From NCBI RefSeq assembly GCF_018350175.1, contig NC_058368.1, forward strand, positions 201,564,001 through 201,628,000: DNA of 64,000 nt, written 5' to 3'. The notes below the pieces were generated by a model that searched no databases, had not been told where the DNA came from, and saw only the letters and a list, made by a program, of their open reading frames with translations. The position numbers and the translations under genes were made by a program. Positions 38,273-52,009 of the stretch are shown in pieces. This stretch comes from Felis catus. Lineage: Eukaryota. Every line of letters starts with the position of its first letter. Positions within the stretch are counted from its first letter, which is position 1.

Positions 38273-41200
38273 CTAACTAACCAGACATAGAAATTAATCT
38301 GTGCTTGTGTGTTGACCTTCATAATTTACAAGATTTTCTGTTATATTTTGCAGTGTCTTTGTTACTAATCATCAATTTGAAGAAAAGAAGGATCCACCAT
38401 TATTATATCCAACAACTGAGCCCAGAAGTGCAATTTTAGATTGAGATGGTTAAACTTTTTTGGTTTCTATGGAGATTATCTACTGAATAGTTTACTTACT
38501 GCCCTGAGCTGTCAACGCATACTGTTTAATTTATAAAGCTGATCTAAACCTCTATGGGGGAAAAAGCCACCAATATTTCTCCAAACTTACTTGGATTTAT
38601 TTTCAGTGTCAGACAAGACATAACATTTATTATGATTCACCTTAGCATGATGACATTTCATTTTTCTTGTTGAAGAAGATGTTCCAGAAAAAAGAAAAAA
38701 AGTTCAAAATCTCTTTAGTCTTCTGGATGTCTTATAATAAATGAGGGGTTCTGCTTTTCTTCAGTGCTTCAATAGCAAGAAATGTTTATATTTCAAGACT
38801 AAGCCCCCACTGAATATTTACAAAATTTGTTGCGAGGTGTTGAACCATAAATCTAAAGTTTGAAATCTACATCACATATAAGAGAAAAGCCCATTTTTTA
38901 AAAAAAAAAAGTGTAAAACAAAAAGTGAGAAGTAAAAATGTAAATATTTTAGAGGCTTATTTAAATCCTTAAGTGTCTTTCTCATAAATAACACATAAAA
39001 CTTATTTTATCAAATGTTCTTTAGTCTCGTCATTCAAAATAGAAGACACTGAGTTAACTTAGAGGGATGAAGGACACAGAGTTTAGATTATTAGGACTTT
39101 AGAAATATTAGAGGATTTAATACGTAAATAACGTATATGAAATTAATTTGTATGAGCAAGATTTTACAGTATTGCAATAAATCATATCTTATATTTTGGG
39201 CTTTTATAGATGAATTTATATCTGAAAAAGTCTTTACAAATAGCCACATGAAAAATGGTATTCTTCATTCTAACACCTAATGAAAGCTAGAGTCTAACTT
39301 AGTAGAAAATATTCACTGGATATTTAAAAATGGTGATATTGAGTCAAAGTTTCAAAGTTAATTTTGTTGCACAGTGAGGATATATTACGTGTGTCTTCTA
39401 CCTTTTTCCTATTTTGAACTCACATTTCTAATACATTTGTAGCTTCCCATACACACAGAGCAACCCAGATAACATACACTATTATTTACAAAGCATTTCG
39501 AATTCTTAAATGTTATGGCTTTCGGGAATATGGCAGGACTTCTACTTTTTTTGAACCCTGGAAAATTAGTAGCTTTGTAACAAATGCTTGTTGACACAAT
39601 CAACTGAATAGCAATGAAGATTCTTCTGATCCCCAAATAAATAATGAACGGATAGAAATGTATCGACATAAACGGAAACCACGTACATATCTCACATTCT
39701 ATGTCCTGCGTCACATTTACTAAAAAGAGAGAGAGCCAGAGAAAGAGCGAGAGATTGAAAAAAGCAAACCAGCAAACAAAACAAAACAAAATGAAAACAA
39801 AGGTGAGCCAGTTCCAGGCAAGATATTTAAAGCACGTTTGTGAGGAGTCAACTAAATGGTGTTTTATCCTTTTGCTTCTGTTTGTTTCTATAGAACAAAA
39901 CAACAGATAAAGAAGTTAGTTCATAGGTACCATTGTCATTCCAAACTGGCCCAATAAGAATGTCCCGCCAAAATCTACATTAAAATGGTTAATTTCATGA
40001 TTGCATATAGACATGGCCTTTGTGTCTCAGAACACTCTCCCAGAAGTCATTGAAAGTATGTTAATAAATTACCAGGCTATTTTAGGAACAATTTATACAT
40101 AATTCATTTCTTAAACAATAGAGCATGAAAAATTACACTTCTGCTTTACCTTCCTTTGGAAGTAGTAAGTGAAGTTCCTATTATAGGTGTTCATACTTGT
40201 TCTCTGATCAAACATATTTATCTCTGGAATACATTTATCCCTTCTCTACACTGTTTGTTCTAGAATCAACTCAATCTCCCTCACCTTTCCAGGGTCAAAT
40301 TGTATCAAAAGCTGAAAGCAAAACTTAAGCAAAAGTAGGCATTCTAAAATCATATGGTGGGGGTGGGGGGGGGGGGGACACAGAGCTTTGAAGACAACAG
40401 AGAGAATGTGATTAGGAGCCAGAAGAAGTGGGCTCTTGTTCTTGTTGTGTTTGCAACTCACCAACTCCTTATCCTGAGCAATTGACTTTCCCTCCCTGAG
40501 TCACAGTCTCCTCATCTCTGAAATGAGAGTTGCCAACGGACCATGGTGTTGTGCTTTGGCCAGATAAAATCATCACCAGTAACGGCCACAAATTGCCACT
40601 TGTAGAGAATAGAAAGGCATGCGGGTGACAATGAAAATAGATGTGCGGAAGAACAACCAAAAAGATAGGCCAAAATGTTCCTATTAAAAAAAAGAAGAAG
40701 AAAGAAAACTACTCCGATCATCTTTGATTCACTACTGACTCACCACTCTTATTATTCAGATCCATATTTCTGGAAAAGAAAATTACCTCAGAATAAAATT
40801 TTAAAAAGCAGGATTTTCTCCACTCTAAGCAGTTATTTTTCTGTAGTGCTGCAATGATAGGACATGGTTTCTATTTGTTAAACAGTGAATCACAAGCTGA
40901 AACACAACAATGACCTCACTCTGGCATACCTCAACCTGCTGACAGCCATGAAGCATATTAAAAATAGGCTCTCTTTACAAAGGAGACTGTCATTTTTCTA
41001 ATAACTACATTTTGAGCGTGTGTTTTCTCTTTCCCTAGTTATAGTGGCCCTGTTCTAAGCAATCCTTTAAGAAATCAAATATTTAAACAAGAAATGAGGC
41101 ATATGGAACTTTCTCTGACAAGCTAGGCTTATTGTCAAGATTACTATCTCAGCTTGGGAACACGTCAGCGAACATTACCTAGAAAATGTTGCACTTATTC

Positions 41201-41941
41201 ACTGATTTCTATTTTCAGTTTACAACTGCATGACCAGTACAAACCCAACTAGGAAACTTAAGTTGGATCTAAGTGTTCCTTAAAAGAAATATGTTCAAGT
41301 TTTCCATCTCTCAAGTGCTTATGGACAAAACTGTGCCAAGAAATTGAGAAATTCGTATCAGTCTGGATGCACCACTAATTTTGGAGCTATGGGATGGCAA
41401 TCTGCCTTCCACAAAAAGGCCAAGATAGTGAAAATGTAACCACAGTATAAATTTTTTTAAGTTATTTTTGAATTAGCATGTAAACTTTAATTAGGCCAAC
41501 AAAAGTCAAAATACCAAATTCAAGGATATTCCCAAGCAACTTGCTTCTTACGCTTTCCACATTTTTCTCATTGAAACTTTATATAGACTATTATCCTAAT
41601 TTGTATTGTCTGCTAATATTGACTCAACTCGGAAAAGCTCCTGTTTGAATTAATACTAATTCCAAGTTAGTGGCCCAATTTCTATAATGGGATTTTACTA
41701 TATATTATTTCCTTTGTAAAACTCCTGGAAGTTGATTAGATTGTCAACATAAAGGGTGTGGAGTCATTCTGCTAACAGTTCTGAGAGGTCCTGAAGAGAT
41801 ACTTTACCTCGTGGTACTTTGGGGCATAGGGTTTTGGCTGAGGACCAGATTCTATCAGGTTAGTCAGCTTGGCAGTCTGCCTGAATTCTGTGTGAATCAG
41901 GTTGTGTTTATGTGTGCACACATACCTCAGTCAGATACACA

Positions 41942-42013
41942 GTGTGTGTGTGTGTGTGTGTGTGTGCACGTGCACACATACACATGCACGCACGCATGTG
42001 TGCATGCACACAT
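41942..42013. repeat. (TG)n followed by mixed CA/TG alternating purine-pyrimidine tract
   Basis: Read directly. Confidence 0.9.
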
Positions 42014-42201
42014 GTTGACCAATAGCTATTTTGACTGAAGTTTGAATCAGTTATTTTATGTCATGTAGATATCACCTCATTTGACCTTCCTTTAACTGCT
42101 TAACTGGCAGAAGCAGACAAACATGGCTAAATAATTCTTTTGCTTTTTCTATGCACGGTGCTAGCCAGCTGAGGAAGCATAGAAAGGAAAGTAATAGCGG
42201 G

Positions 42202-42561
42202 TGTTATGGACTGATTGTGTCCTCCCCAAATTCGCATGTTGAAATGCTACCCCCCAATTCGATGGCATTTAGTGGTGGGTCCTTTAGGAAGTAATCAGGT
42301 TCTGAGAGTGAAGCCCTCATGATATCAGTGTCCTTTTAGGAAGAGACAAGAGAGCTTGCTTTCTCTCTCCACCGTGTGAGGACATAACAAGAAAGCCACT
42401 GCCTGTCCTGTAAACCAGGAAGAGTATTTTACCAGATGCCAGGTCTTCTGGTTCTTTAATCTTGGGCTTCTCAGGCTCTGGAACCATAGCAAACAATTGT
42501 TTGTTGTCTAAACCATCCAGCCTATGGTATTCTGTTATAGCAGCCTGAGATGATGAAGACA
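42202..42561 (+). mobile_element. MLT1A-type MaLR solo LTR
   Basis: 'tgttatggactgattgtgtcctccccaaattc' ... 'tatggtattctgttatagcagcctgagatgatgaagaca'. Confidence 0.9.
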
Positions 42562-42891
42562 GAAGGAGGATTTTTTCTCTCTCAGTGACAAAGAGAAAGC
42601 TTCAGTGCCGTCCCTAGTATGGAAGGGACAGTGGTTAAATTAAAAAAGTCAATTCAGAAAAGAGTGATCCCTTCAAAAAAATCTTAAACTTCCAAACCAA
42701 ATCATTAACTATATGACAAGGCTTATGAAGGCAAATGTCTACTAGGGATATACCAGAGAAGAAAACACTCTGCTTCCTCTGAAATGTGAACAAAAATGAG
42801 TATGGAACATGTTTAAAGAAACCACTATGTAATAGTGGTAACAGAAGTGACTACAACATCCGATGTGGAGATAAAGGCCAAATAATTCTTT

Positions 42892-43137
42892 TTGTTTTTA
42901 GTTAGTTTGTTTGTTTGTTTGTTTATCTAGAGAGACAGAGAGAGAGAGAGACAGAGAGAGGGAGGGAGGGTGGGGCAGAGAGAGAGGAGAGGGAGAGAAT
43001 AATCCCAAACACACTCTGCACGTTGTCAGCACAGAGCCCAATGCGGGGCTTGAACCCACAAATTGCAAGATCAAGATCATAATCTGAGCTGAAACCAAGA
43101 GCAGGACACCTAACTGACTGAGCCACCAAGGTGACCC
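42892..43137 (-). mobile_element. Can-SINE
   Basis: 'ctgagctgaaaccaagagcaggacacctaactgactgagccaccaaggtgaccc'; decayed TSD aaaggccaaataattcttt / aaaggcagaacaattcttt. Confidence 0.92.
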
Positions 43138-43886
43138 AAAGGCAGAACAATTCTTTATGTAATTATTTAACATTAGCAAACAACCTAAAATAAAATGCCA
43201 ATGATGAAAACGATTTAGGTAATATTTGTTTTAAAATAAGTAAAATTTCAAGGAACTTAATGAGGTAATTCTACCCTCCTAACTGGCCAAAACATAATAA
43301 CAATAATCTATTCTATATAGAAAGATATCTTTGGTAAAGCAGCAAGTATGTCCAAGTAAAGAGAAGAGAAAATACTGCAAACTATGACAGAGCAGTTTAA
43401 CAACAACAACAACAACAACAAAAGGCAGCTGAGAAACAACTGGGGGTATAGCTTGCAAAATAATAAAGGCAAAAATTTCTTTCTAATTTATCTAGACCCA
43501 AATACTACCTAAAAACCTAAAGACTCCAGTGTGGTTTAGAAGATAAAAATGGTAAGCTAAACACAAGGCATGATTTACTCCCACCTGCACCCCCACCCCT
43601 ATCATCTCACCCCATCCCCACCCCACCCCCCAACCCCGCCTAAAATCCTTACCGTCCTTGGAGAACTAAAGATTAATGTTGGTGGACCAGAAATTTGGAT
43701 GAATCACTGAAAGGCAAAAAGCACCTAGGAGAAGAAAACTGAGAGAACCACAGCTTAAAACCGATGCAAATGTTGAGAACAGCTTCAGGGATACTCTAGT
43801 TTCAGAGAAGACCGACAAGATGGGAAAATATTCTGGGCAGACTATCAGAATAACTGATTGGGGGACCACGATGGAAAATTTAAGAC

Positions 43887-44430
43887 CAGAGGTTGTTAAA
43901 TCTTTTCTCTTCACTCCTCTCTTAGTGCCTCAGTAATTTTTTCATCCTGCCTTGGGACCCAAAGAAATACTTACTAGATCTCTTTATTAAGTACTTAGGT
44001 ACAAAAAACTTATGTATTTGTGTCTTAATAACTTGATAACCACTTAAAAAGGTAATATATAGGACTGAAAGAAAAATGTAGTTTTATTTCATTCTTAAGT
44101 AACCACAAATATTTACTAATGGGATGTACATAGTATATTGGGCACTGGACAACTTATCAAATCTTAGACTAGACCCTGTCGTCCTCATTTCCTGTTCCAC
44201 ACTGATTTTCACATGGCACTTGCTTGTGTTTACAACAAACCAAAAGACCTGCTTCACAAAAATACAACATCATCTAAAGGAATGTAGCATGATCTGATGT
44301 TGAAACTGACCTAGTAGTTCTCATGGTGTCTGACAGATGGCGAATATCACTATGTTTGTCTTGAAATTTCAAAATATCGCACGGGTGCCCCTGTGAACTT
44401 GTTGTGGTGCCTGGGGTATCTGAGAGCCAG
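43887..44430. mobile_element. MER119-like hAT-Charlie element
   Basis: 'cttagtgcctcagtaatttttt', 'ctttattaagtacttaggtacaaaaaactta', 'ctcatttcctgttccacactgattttcac', 'aaggaatgtagcatgatct'. Confidence 0.75.
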
Positions 44431-44799
44431 GTAGCTAGACAGTCCAAAACCTTTGTGGTAAAAGGGGACAGCAGAAACATCTGCCCCCAGTACCTGAGGA
44501 TACTTGGGTTGGAGGAACAGTCCGCATCCTGTTGCAAGGTGTACCCAAAGAGAACAGTGATATTTTGAGCTCATAAGATGGGCTGCTTCCGCACTCCACC
44601 CTGCAACATGGCCTGAACCTTCTTTGCAACCACTGAAGACAAGAGATGTCCACGTAAAAATAGGAAAATTCAAGTACAAAGACAAGTACACAGCCAAAAA
44701 TTAACAAAGATTCAAGCAAAGTCAAAAACATACAAACAAGTCTCCCAACTCTGAAATTAGAAGAATTACCTTTAAAAAAGATTCTAGAACAAATATAGA

Positions 44800-44890
44800 C
44801 ATAGTGTATATATGTGATAGTGTATATATATTATAGTGTGTGTGTATATATTATATATGTATATATATATATTTATTATATATATATTAA
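44800..44890. repeat. (TA)n/(TG)n low-complexity tract
   Basis: Read directly. Confidence 0.9.
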
Positions 44891-45279
44891 TTTCCTATTG
44901 GATGCAAAAGAGACAACCATATCCCCCAAACAAGCACAGGCTACTATGAAAAAGAACAACATCAAGATTTTGGAATCTGATTGGCAACATGGAGCCAGAT
45001 AGAGAAGAAAGTAGCAAGCTGGATATTTGGACTGAATCATTTTCTCAAATATATATTTTATGAACATGAGTTACAATACTATTGATTGGAATAGTATATG
45101 TAGCATGACTAACACAAGACCCATCCCAGAAGAGGTGGTCAGAAACAATAGTTTTTTTCTCCTTCCTTGGATCTTTGAAATATGTTCCAACTTGAGTCTC
45201 TCTCTGTCTTCTTTCCCTCTCTCTCCCTCACACATACATACACTGCAAAAAAAAAAAAACTGTCTAGTAAGGAAGAAAT

Positions 45280-45420
45280 AATTATTATTCCCATTTACCA
45301 GATGAAGAAATGAAGAAAAACCTAGGGGCTTTCATTAATGGCACACAACAAATTATAATGACAGAACTTGGTCTAAATCCTCAGATTCCAGGTTTGTGAC
45401 TTTTTTCATCCTTTTGCATA
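45280..45420 (-). mobile_element. MIR fragment
   Basis: 'attattattcccatttaccagatgaagaaatga'. Confidence 0.7.
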
Positions 45421-47367
45421 CTCTAAATAACCTGTAAAAATGGCATTCAAGATGAAAGAAAAATGATGGTATAACAGGAAGAACTTCTTTGCTTAGAAAT
45501 TTCCTGAAAATGTTGGAAAGTGTCAAAGCTATCATAATTCTAATGGGATGGAAAAGTAAAGTCTTAATTAACAGGTAGCTCATAAACAAATCACCTGGAT
45601 GGAATGATATTCACTTAAATATTTTTTAAAACCTTAATGTGAAATTGAGATATTTTAGGTGACAATATATAATTTCTCATACAAATCCTCATGAGTTATA
45701 GCTCTGATGGATGTCTAGCACAAATGCCATCTATAAAAACTATATAGACAAAACTAGGGAGTATTTAAATAGTATCTTAGCAATTAGAAACAGTATATTT
45801 AAATGCAGAGGACCAGTTTTAAAAAAAAAAGCATCAGCTCTTAGAGGAAAGGCAGCATAAAATACGGAAGGAGAAATCATGACCCATTAATAGGAAAACA
45901 TTTTTAAGAGGACTGGGAAAGTGTGTGAAGAAGAGAAAATTGGGAGATACAATTTAGGTAGATGTTTAGAGGGACTTTTATAAGAGCATTTAAAAAGAAA
46001 ATAGCATAGTTACCATGGATGAATAAAGAATTCACTTAGATTCTAGACAACAGATGTATCTAAATTCACAATGATTCCACAGTTCTTTGATCTTCAAGTT
46101 TTCTTACAACTCCACAATTCAGAGAAAGGGAAGGGTAAGTACAACTATCTATGAGTATAGACGTGTGAAAAATGAGGTCACCAAGAGATCAATGATGGAT
46201 GGTACTTACTTTAACTTTGTTTAAAATAATTTGTAAAAAGAGTGGCAAGTGCCAATCTCTACATTTATATTAAATCCCTGAGCATAAACAACATTAACAA
46301 AATGTATTTAGGGAAAAATAACTTCAAATATATTTATAAGAGGAAGAATTCTAAGCTCTTAGCTACAAGCAAAGAAAAGGAAACAGGTGTCAATACATCC
46401 CATCCCTTAAAAGTTTCAGCCAGAAGACTTCTGTGCTAAACATGGTAGCAACTCATGTATTTTTTTTAGCTCCGAGGGCTAGCCATTGTGTTAAATCTTT
46501 GACATGCTTTATCTGATTTAATTCTCCAATAGCCCTACTGGTAGGAATTAAACTTTTACAAAATTTAGATGTATTCATCTCTGAAGTAACAGGTACAATA
46601 TTGTCTGCCACACTGGAAAAATCTAACATAAAATGTTAAGCAACGGGCAGCTTTTATAATCAGGAGATGAAAGGTTTTCCGTGAGGATAGCTAAATTAAT
46701 GTGGTAGTTCCTTTCACTGTGGAAAGACAAGGGTTAATAGAATGAGGAACAAAGACTATAAAATAGTAAAATATAAAATAGTAAAATAGTAAAACGCATG
46801 TGCTCACCAAATAGCAGAATTCAGCATCTAAAAAATATTTCACTAAATTGTATCAAAACATAAAAGGACACGTTACAGTGGCAGCTATCAAACTTCATAT
46901 TTCAAGATTTGGTGGAGGCCAAAGCTATAGTTAATTTTGAGACTAGTTTAGCTAACTTAATTGTTGATAAAAGGTGGAGAGGTTTGTGGTATTTTAACCT
47001 GTTCGTTTAGAAAATAATTCTTAGTCACTGATAGGTTCTAGGCACTGGGGATACAGTAGCAAAGTTGCTGTCTGTTGAAATTTGAGCAGATGGCCAACCA
47101 GGTACCGTTGTTACCAGGAAGGTGTAATGGGCCATTGCCAAAAGGTATGGCTGGATGCCTTTCCAGAAAAGCTCCTCATAGTCTGAGGCTAATCCTTCAG
47201 TCTTGGAGGATTGAAAATCTTATTTCTGGGCAAATTATGGCTGACTGTTTCTCAGAGTAGAATCACTTTGCCCAATCATGAAGACCAATGTTAAAACCAG
47301 AATGTCCATGGATATAAATATATATAATCTCTTAGAAACCTAAATATTCACATTGTCATAACTCAGC

Positions 47368-47445
47368 ACAGATGATAGATAGATATAGATGATATAGGTA
47401 TAGATAGATATAGATATAGATGATATAGATGTAAATAGACATATA
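47368..47445. repeat. (TAGA/TAGATA)n degenerate repeat
   Basis: Read directly. Confidence 0.85.
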
Positions 47446-49289
47446 GCAACCTAAATTATAATCAGAAAGTTGCTTAGTGAACGTGGTATCATAGCAAAGG
47501 GAATTGGGCTACAGTTTCCTTGACCAAAATCTCTTCCCTAACTAGTGATTGGATGAGAACAAGTCCTCATTAGTGTCTACCACTCTTTTGCCAATCCTTC
47601 AATCAGAATTAGTTACAATCTGATCTTTGTCAACTGGAAACGCATTCTGTCTCTTTTTTCTTTTCTGAGATCCATTATACACCAATTTGCAGCTTAATAT
47701 TTGGAGGGCAATCATTTGCTGCTTATTCCAAATTCTACTTATTAACTCCTGCTCACATGATAACAAAAACACCATGGAAGACCCAGAGGGTTTTCTATCA
47801 GTTGTTCTTTCATTCCAAAGAAAGAGAATATATCCTAGGCCACCTGTAGCATTAGTCTGTCAGTGTTTATTACAGTCCCAGATAAGGGAAATTTGTGTTC
47901 AATAATAAAGATGAGTAGAAGAAACCACCTTGAAGCCAGTTGAACAGCTGTGCTGTGAAATAATGTTGTGGCCTCGGGGCTCTTTTTGTCTATCCGCGAT
48001 TATATTGTCCTTATCATCTCAGACAGTATCACCACCTCACCTTAGCGTCCCTTGTTACAGCCAAAAGGTCCCTTCTTACAGCCACTACACCCAAGGTTAA
48101 CTTTATAAATGATAAAGCAAATGGACTAAGCAAAAAATCAAATTTGTCTCCAAAATATATCTCGTGACTATTTTCCATAAAGTTCACACGCTATAGAATC
48201 TGGTATGTGCTGAAATAGACAAAATTCTCCATACATTTGAGATGCCCACTGTTTGACTGGCGGGTGGACTGTGATGAAGTTTCCTGTAAGATTTTCTTCA
48301 GAGGTGGACAGGTGGTCATCTGGTCCAGTTTGCCGTCGGATGGCCTACAGTAGCATTGCCCCGAAAACCTGAAAATTGGCAGCCAAATGCTTACATGGTA
48401 ATGTTGAGAGCCTCAGAATTTAAAGTGCGCATTGCAGAACAGTAACATTACGATGAACTAGACCAAAGGATAATCATGAGGAAGCCACCATGGCCAAACA
48501 CCATTTCAAAATTTTCCTACTGCGGGAATGTTCATTAGGGCAATAATGGAATCATCCACAGACTCCACAACACTCGGCTCTATTGCATCATGATTCAATC
48601 TAGTGAAGAAATCAATAAATAAACCACTGAGACCCAATAAGGAACCTGAGACTATTCGAGTAATTAGAGTACAGGTAGGCACCCGATGGCCAGGAGAACT
48701 GAAGTGAAGACATATTCTCTGCAGTCTGGGGCACTGAAACTACAAGGTGTCTCTGGGAGGGGCAAAAAGTATCTCCTAATGCCTAGAGGTAGAGGCCAGG
48801 AGACCTTAGGCACCCACACACCCCCCCCTCAAATTATTTTGGGGTTTTGTTATTGGTGTTGCCATTGTTTTTAATCCTAAGAAGGCAGAGGGCACTTTGA
48901 GTTAATTCAGAGCGTGCAGAGGGCCGGATCTGTCACAACAGCCTCCTCGTAGTACCCTAATACGTCCGACCCTCCCAGCATCAGGTGGCTCCGCTAAACG
49001 TCCTCTCCTCTGAGTACTGGGCAATTAATTAATCCAGGAACGCAAATCCTAAATCCCGGGCTAAGAAAATACGAACTGATTTGGTAAACAAATGGTAGGT
49101 AAAAGCTACACACACAGAGAGTGGCAAGTGACAAAGGAGATTGCAAATGCCCCCAAACACTCTCTCCCATCGATTGGCAGAGAGAATCACACACATAACA
49201 CAGGAGACGGAGCATAAAATTGGGCGGACTGATTCAGAGGTTTGTTTTGATTTTTAAACTCATTTATTAAAAAATAAAATGAGTGTGCG

Positions 49290-50290
49290 TCCGTGTGGGG
49301 CGGGGGGACAGGATTCCCTAACGCAAAGGGGCTGTCGGCAGACGGTGTACAAGCGAAAGCGCGCTCCCTAAATCTGCAAAGCACTAAATGTAGAGAAACG
49401 CGCAATTACCTGGGACCCGCCCGGAGGAGGCAGCCTCCCGAGTCGCAGGCGATCGCGTCCCCGCCGGAGGAACGCTAACGTGCGGACTGCACCTTGCAGA
49501 GACTGCCTGAGGTGAGCTTCAGGAGGGGACCGGCCCCGCCAAGTCGGACACTGTCTCCAACCCGAAAACCCGCGCTTGCCCCCGCGGGGTCAGGGGGCGG
49601 GCGTCCCGGGAAAGACCCCCACCCCTGCCGGGGGTCTAGGTAGCCCCAAGCGACGCGGCAGCAGCAACAGGCTGAGCAATACGTTCAAATCCTGGTGACA
49701 GTGACAACGTGGTCCGCGGAGCCGGCAGAACCGAAGCTCGCTCTTTAATGCAGGGATGCGGGGGGGGGAGGGGGGCGTTTAGGGTCTCGGGGATGCGGTC
49801 ACCGCCACGTCCTCAGCCCCGGGAAGTCTCCTCCGAGGGCGCGTCCCCGGGGCTGCGGGGAAACAGAGGCAGGGACCCGGGACCAAGAATTCGCAAATGC
49901 AGGGCATCCCCTCGGCTGCTCAGGCAATCCTGTTCCTTTGCCCCCGGAGCCCCCCTCGGCCCCGAGCCCGCCCGTGAGAGCCCCGTCGGGTGCCCGCGGG
50001 CTGGCGGCTGTGCGGCCGGGGGGCTCCTGCTGGCGCTCGCGTGGTGCTGGGCTCCGTCCCTCGCTCCCGCAGGCCCGGGGACTGGCGACTTCGCGCAGTT
50101 GTCCGTCCAGCCAGCCCCGCAGCCGCAGCCTCAACTCCGTTCCCTCCGATGCTCTCGCAGATGTTCAATCCTTGTCCCTTTTACCGGCTGGCCTTTACTT
50201 TACGTAGTCGTCTTTGGGGGGAGGGGGGCAACAGCGCTAATAATCAGATAATCTCACTCCTGCCCTTGTAGTCCCGTCTTCTTCACGGAA
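49290..50290. promoter_or_regulatory. CpG island 1 (probable promoter or non-coding first exon)
   Basis: High GC and dense CpG against an AT-rich background; GC boxes (ggggcgggg, ccccgcc); donor GAG|GTGAGC at 49511/49512. Confidence 0.85.
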
Positions 50291-50730
50291 AAGGGTTCCT
50301 CAGTCTACCCGCAACCTGTCCTGAGAAGACTCAAGGCCACACAGGGTTCTCTCGTGACCCTGAGACAGTTGATCAGAGACAACTAGGTTTGGGTTTGGGT
50401 TTGGGTGCCTGGTTGCTTTTGTTTGGGGGTTGTGTTGCGTTTGTTTTATGATTATTTTTCTCTTATCATGTAGTAAAGGGAAACTCTTAGCGTTTTAAGA
50501 AAACTTATCCTCCCCATAGTCAGGGACATGAGTTCCAGTCCCGGGCACTTTACTTTCTCCCTCTGCTTTTACCCTACCCAAGTCCAATTTCTTAACTATT
50601 GTTTGTCCTTGATCTTTTTCCAAACTGCCCGGCCCCTGGCCGCCCTAGCCACTCCTTCCATTTGCCCTTTTCTTCAATTTGTCTTGTATGTTAGCACTGG
50701 GTCAGCAAGCCTTTTGTGCTTCAGTCCTGG

Positions 50731-50733
<3 letters not shown>

Positions 50734-50766
<33 letters not shown>
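50734..50766. repeat. (TG)16 microsatellite
   Basis: Read directly. Confidence 0.95.
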
Positions 50767-50768
<2 letters not shown>

Positions 50769-51685
50769 TGTGTTTCTTTTGTTATTTTCTCCCCTAACAC
50801 TGCAGAAATGAAACACACATGCAGCACTGTCGCCTCATATTTTCAGATGTTTTTCACACTATTGTCTGCTCCAGCCCGTTGAAAGTGCAAAGTGAAAACA
50901 GATGCATTTGAAAAGTGTTTTTTTTTTTGAAAGGGGACAATCTTAGGATGGGGACTAACCCCTCAAATAAAGATAAGCAATAAATATAATATCAGATTTA
51001 TAATGTGCATCGAGCAGTCTTGATTAGCACCAAGGTGAGCTTTGGTGAGATTTTTATCATTTCCATGTGTCTGGACTACAAGAAGAAATCAATGGGGGAA
51101 GAGCTCTATAAATCAGCATTCATGTCAAGACAAATCAAAATAATGCCTCTATTATTTCAATCAATAAACCATTTTTATTCCCAACATCTGATATACACAG
51201 TGTGCGTCCCTCTATTTGTATTTGGAATTGGCAGCTTCGAATTATACCAAAACAAACCTTTCAGAGATGTGTCAATAAAATTAAAATTTTTAAAAGAACA
51301 ACTCCAATGGGTCCCTCCTTTCCTTTGGATCCACTCTAGTCTCTTCTTTCAAACCATGCACCCTAAGTCAGTAGGAGAGCTTTGCAAACTCTGTGAAGGA
51401 TAGAACTGCTCAGAGAGGAGCAGAGGAAAGGGGTGGCAGGGGCTGCTTGGTAAGAGAAACCGAAAGTGACAGCAGGCAATGACTCAGGCAGAGGAAAGCC
51501 TGTCTACTCTTAGCTCTGATATATTCCAGAAGAGGATCCTATAGGGGTCATAGGCAGGCTTGATACGGTGCCCTCGTGGTTTGCTCAGAACCAACCCACA
51601 GACTCCCGCCACCAAATCCATGATTCCTCCAGCAGGTGTAAGGCTGCTGACCTGCTCTTGGAAGCTAACTGGGGCAAGGCTAGCT

Positions 51686-52009
51686 GGAGGAAGACAGGAG
51701 GGAGGGAGGAAAGGAGGGAGAGAGGTGGGGGGGTAGAAAGAGGGAGGGAGAGGGTGAGCGGGAGGGAGAGAAAGAGAGAGAGAGAGAGAGAAAGGGAGAG
51801 CAAGGCACTCTGGCTGACTGGTGGGCTGGCTGGTGGCTTTGTTACTTTCGGGCAGATTTCAAGCCTTGCTTCTCAAAAATGTCCTGCAGTTTTGGCTTCC
51901 CTGGCAGTTTGTTAGATGGGGGCCACAATTCTTAATCGTTGAGAGAAAGGTAGAGAAGGAAGAGATGATTCATTTATGAATCAACATTGTAGACATTTCC
52001 CCAGCAGTG
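51686..52009 (+). other. GA-rich tract followed by a candidate non-coding 5' exon
   Basis: Purine-rich (GA)n at ~51686-51800, unique sequence, then donor GTG|GTATGT at 52009/52010 followed by a T-rich segment; no transcript evidence. Confidence 0.35.

Noticed and set aside
39409..39903. 164-aa hydrophobic minus-strand ORF
   Set aside because: The hydrophobicity comes from T-rich (TTTG)n and (TC)n low-complexity sequence; no recognisable homology. The region is kept only as a regulatory candidate.
43640..44790. Possible old L1M 5'/ORF1 fragment flanking the MER119-like element
   Set aside because: A-rich composition is suggestive, but I could not match diagnostic sequence or set boundaries.
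12303..49069. Exact 15-mer cccgggctaagaaaa shared between ~12303 and ~49055
   Set aside because: A match of this length is expected by chance about once or twice in 64 kb, and the flanks do not extend the similarity.
50032..50050. REST/RE1-like motif (minus strand CCAGCACCACGCGAGCGCC)
   Set aside because: It lacks the GGACAG half and has altered spacing; easily produced by chance in GC-rich DNA.
49709..50271. Overlapping 80-180 aa ORFs on both strands
   Set aside because: Pro/Arg/Gly/Ala-rich translations typical of CpG islands; no family resemblance.
50385..50406. (TTTGGG)3 telomere-like repeat
   Set aside because: Only three units and not TTAGGG; a simple repeat.
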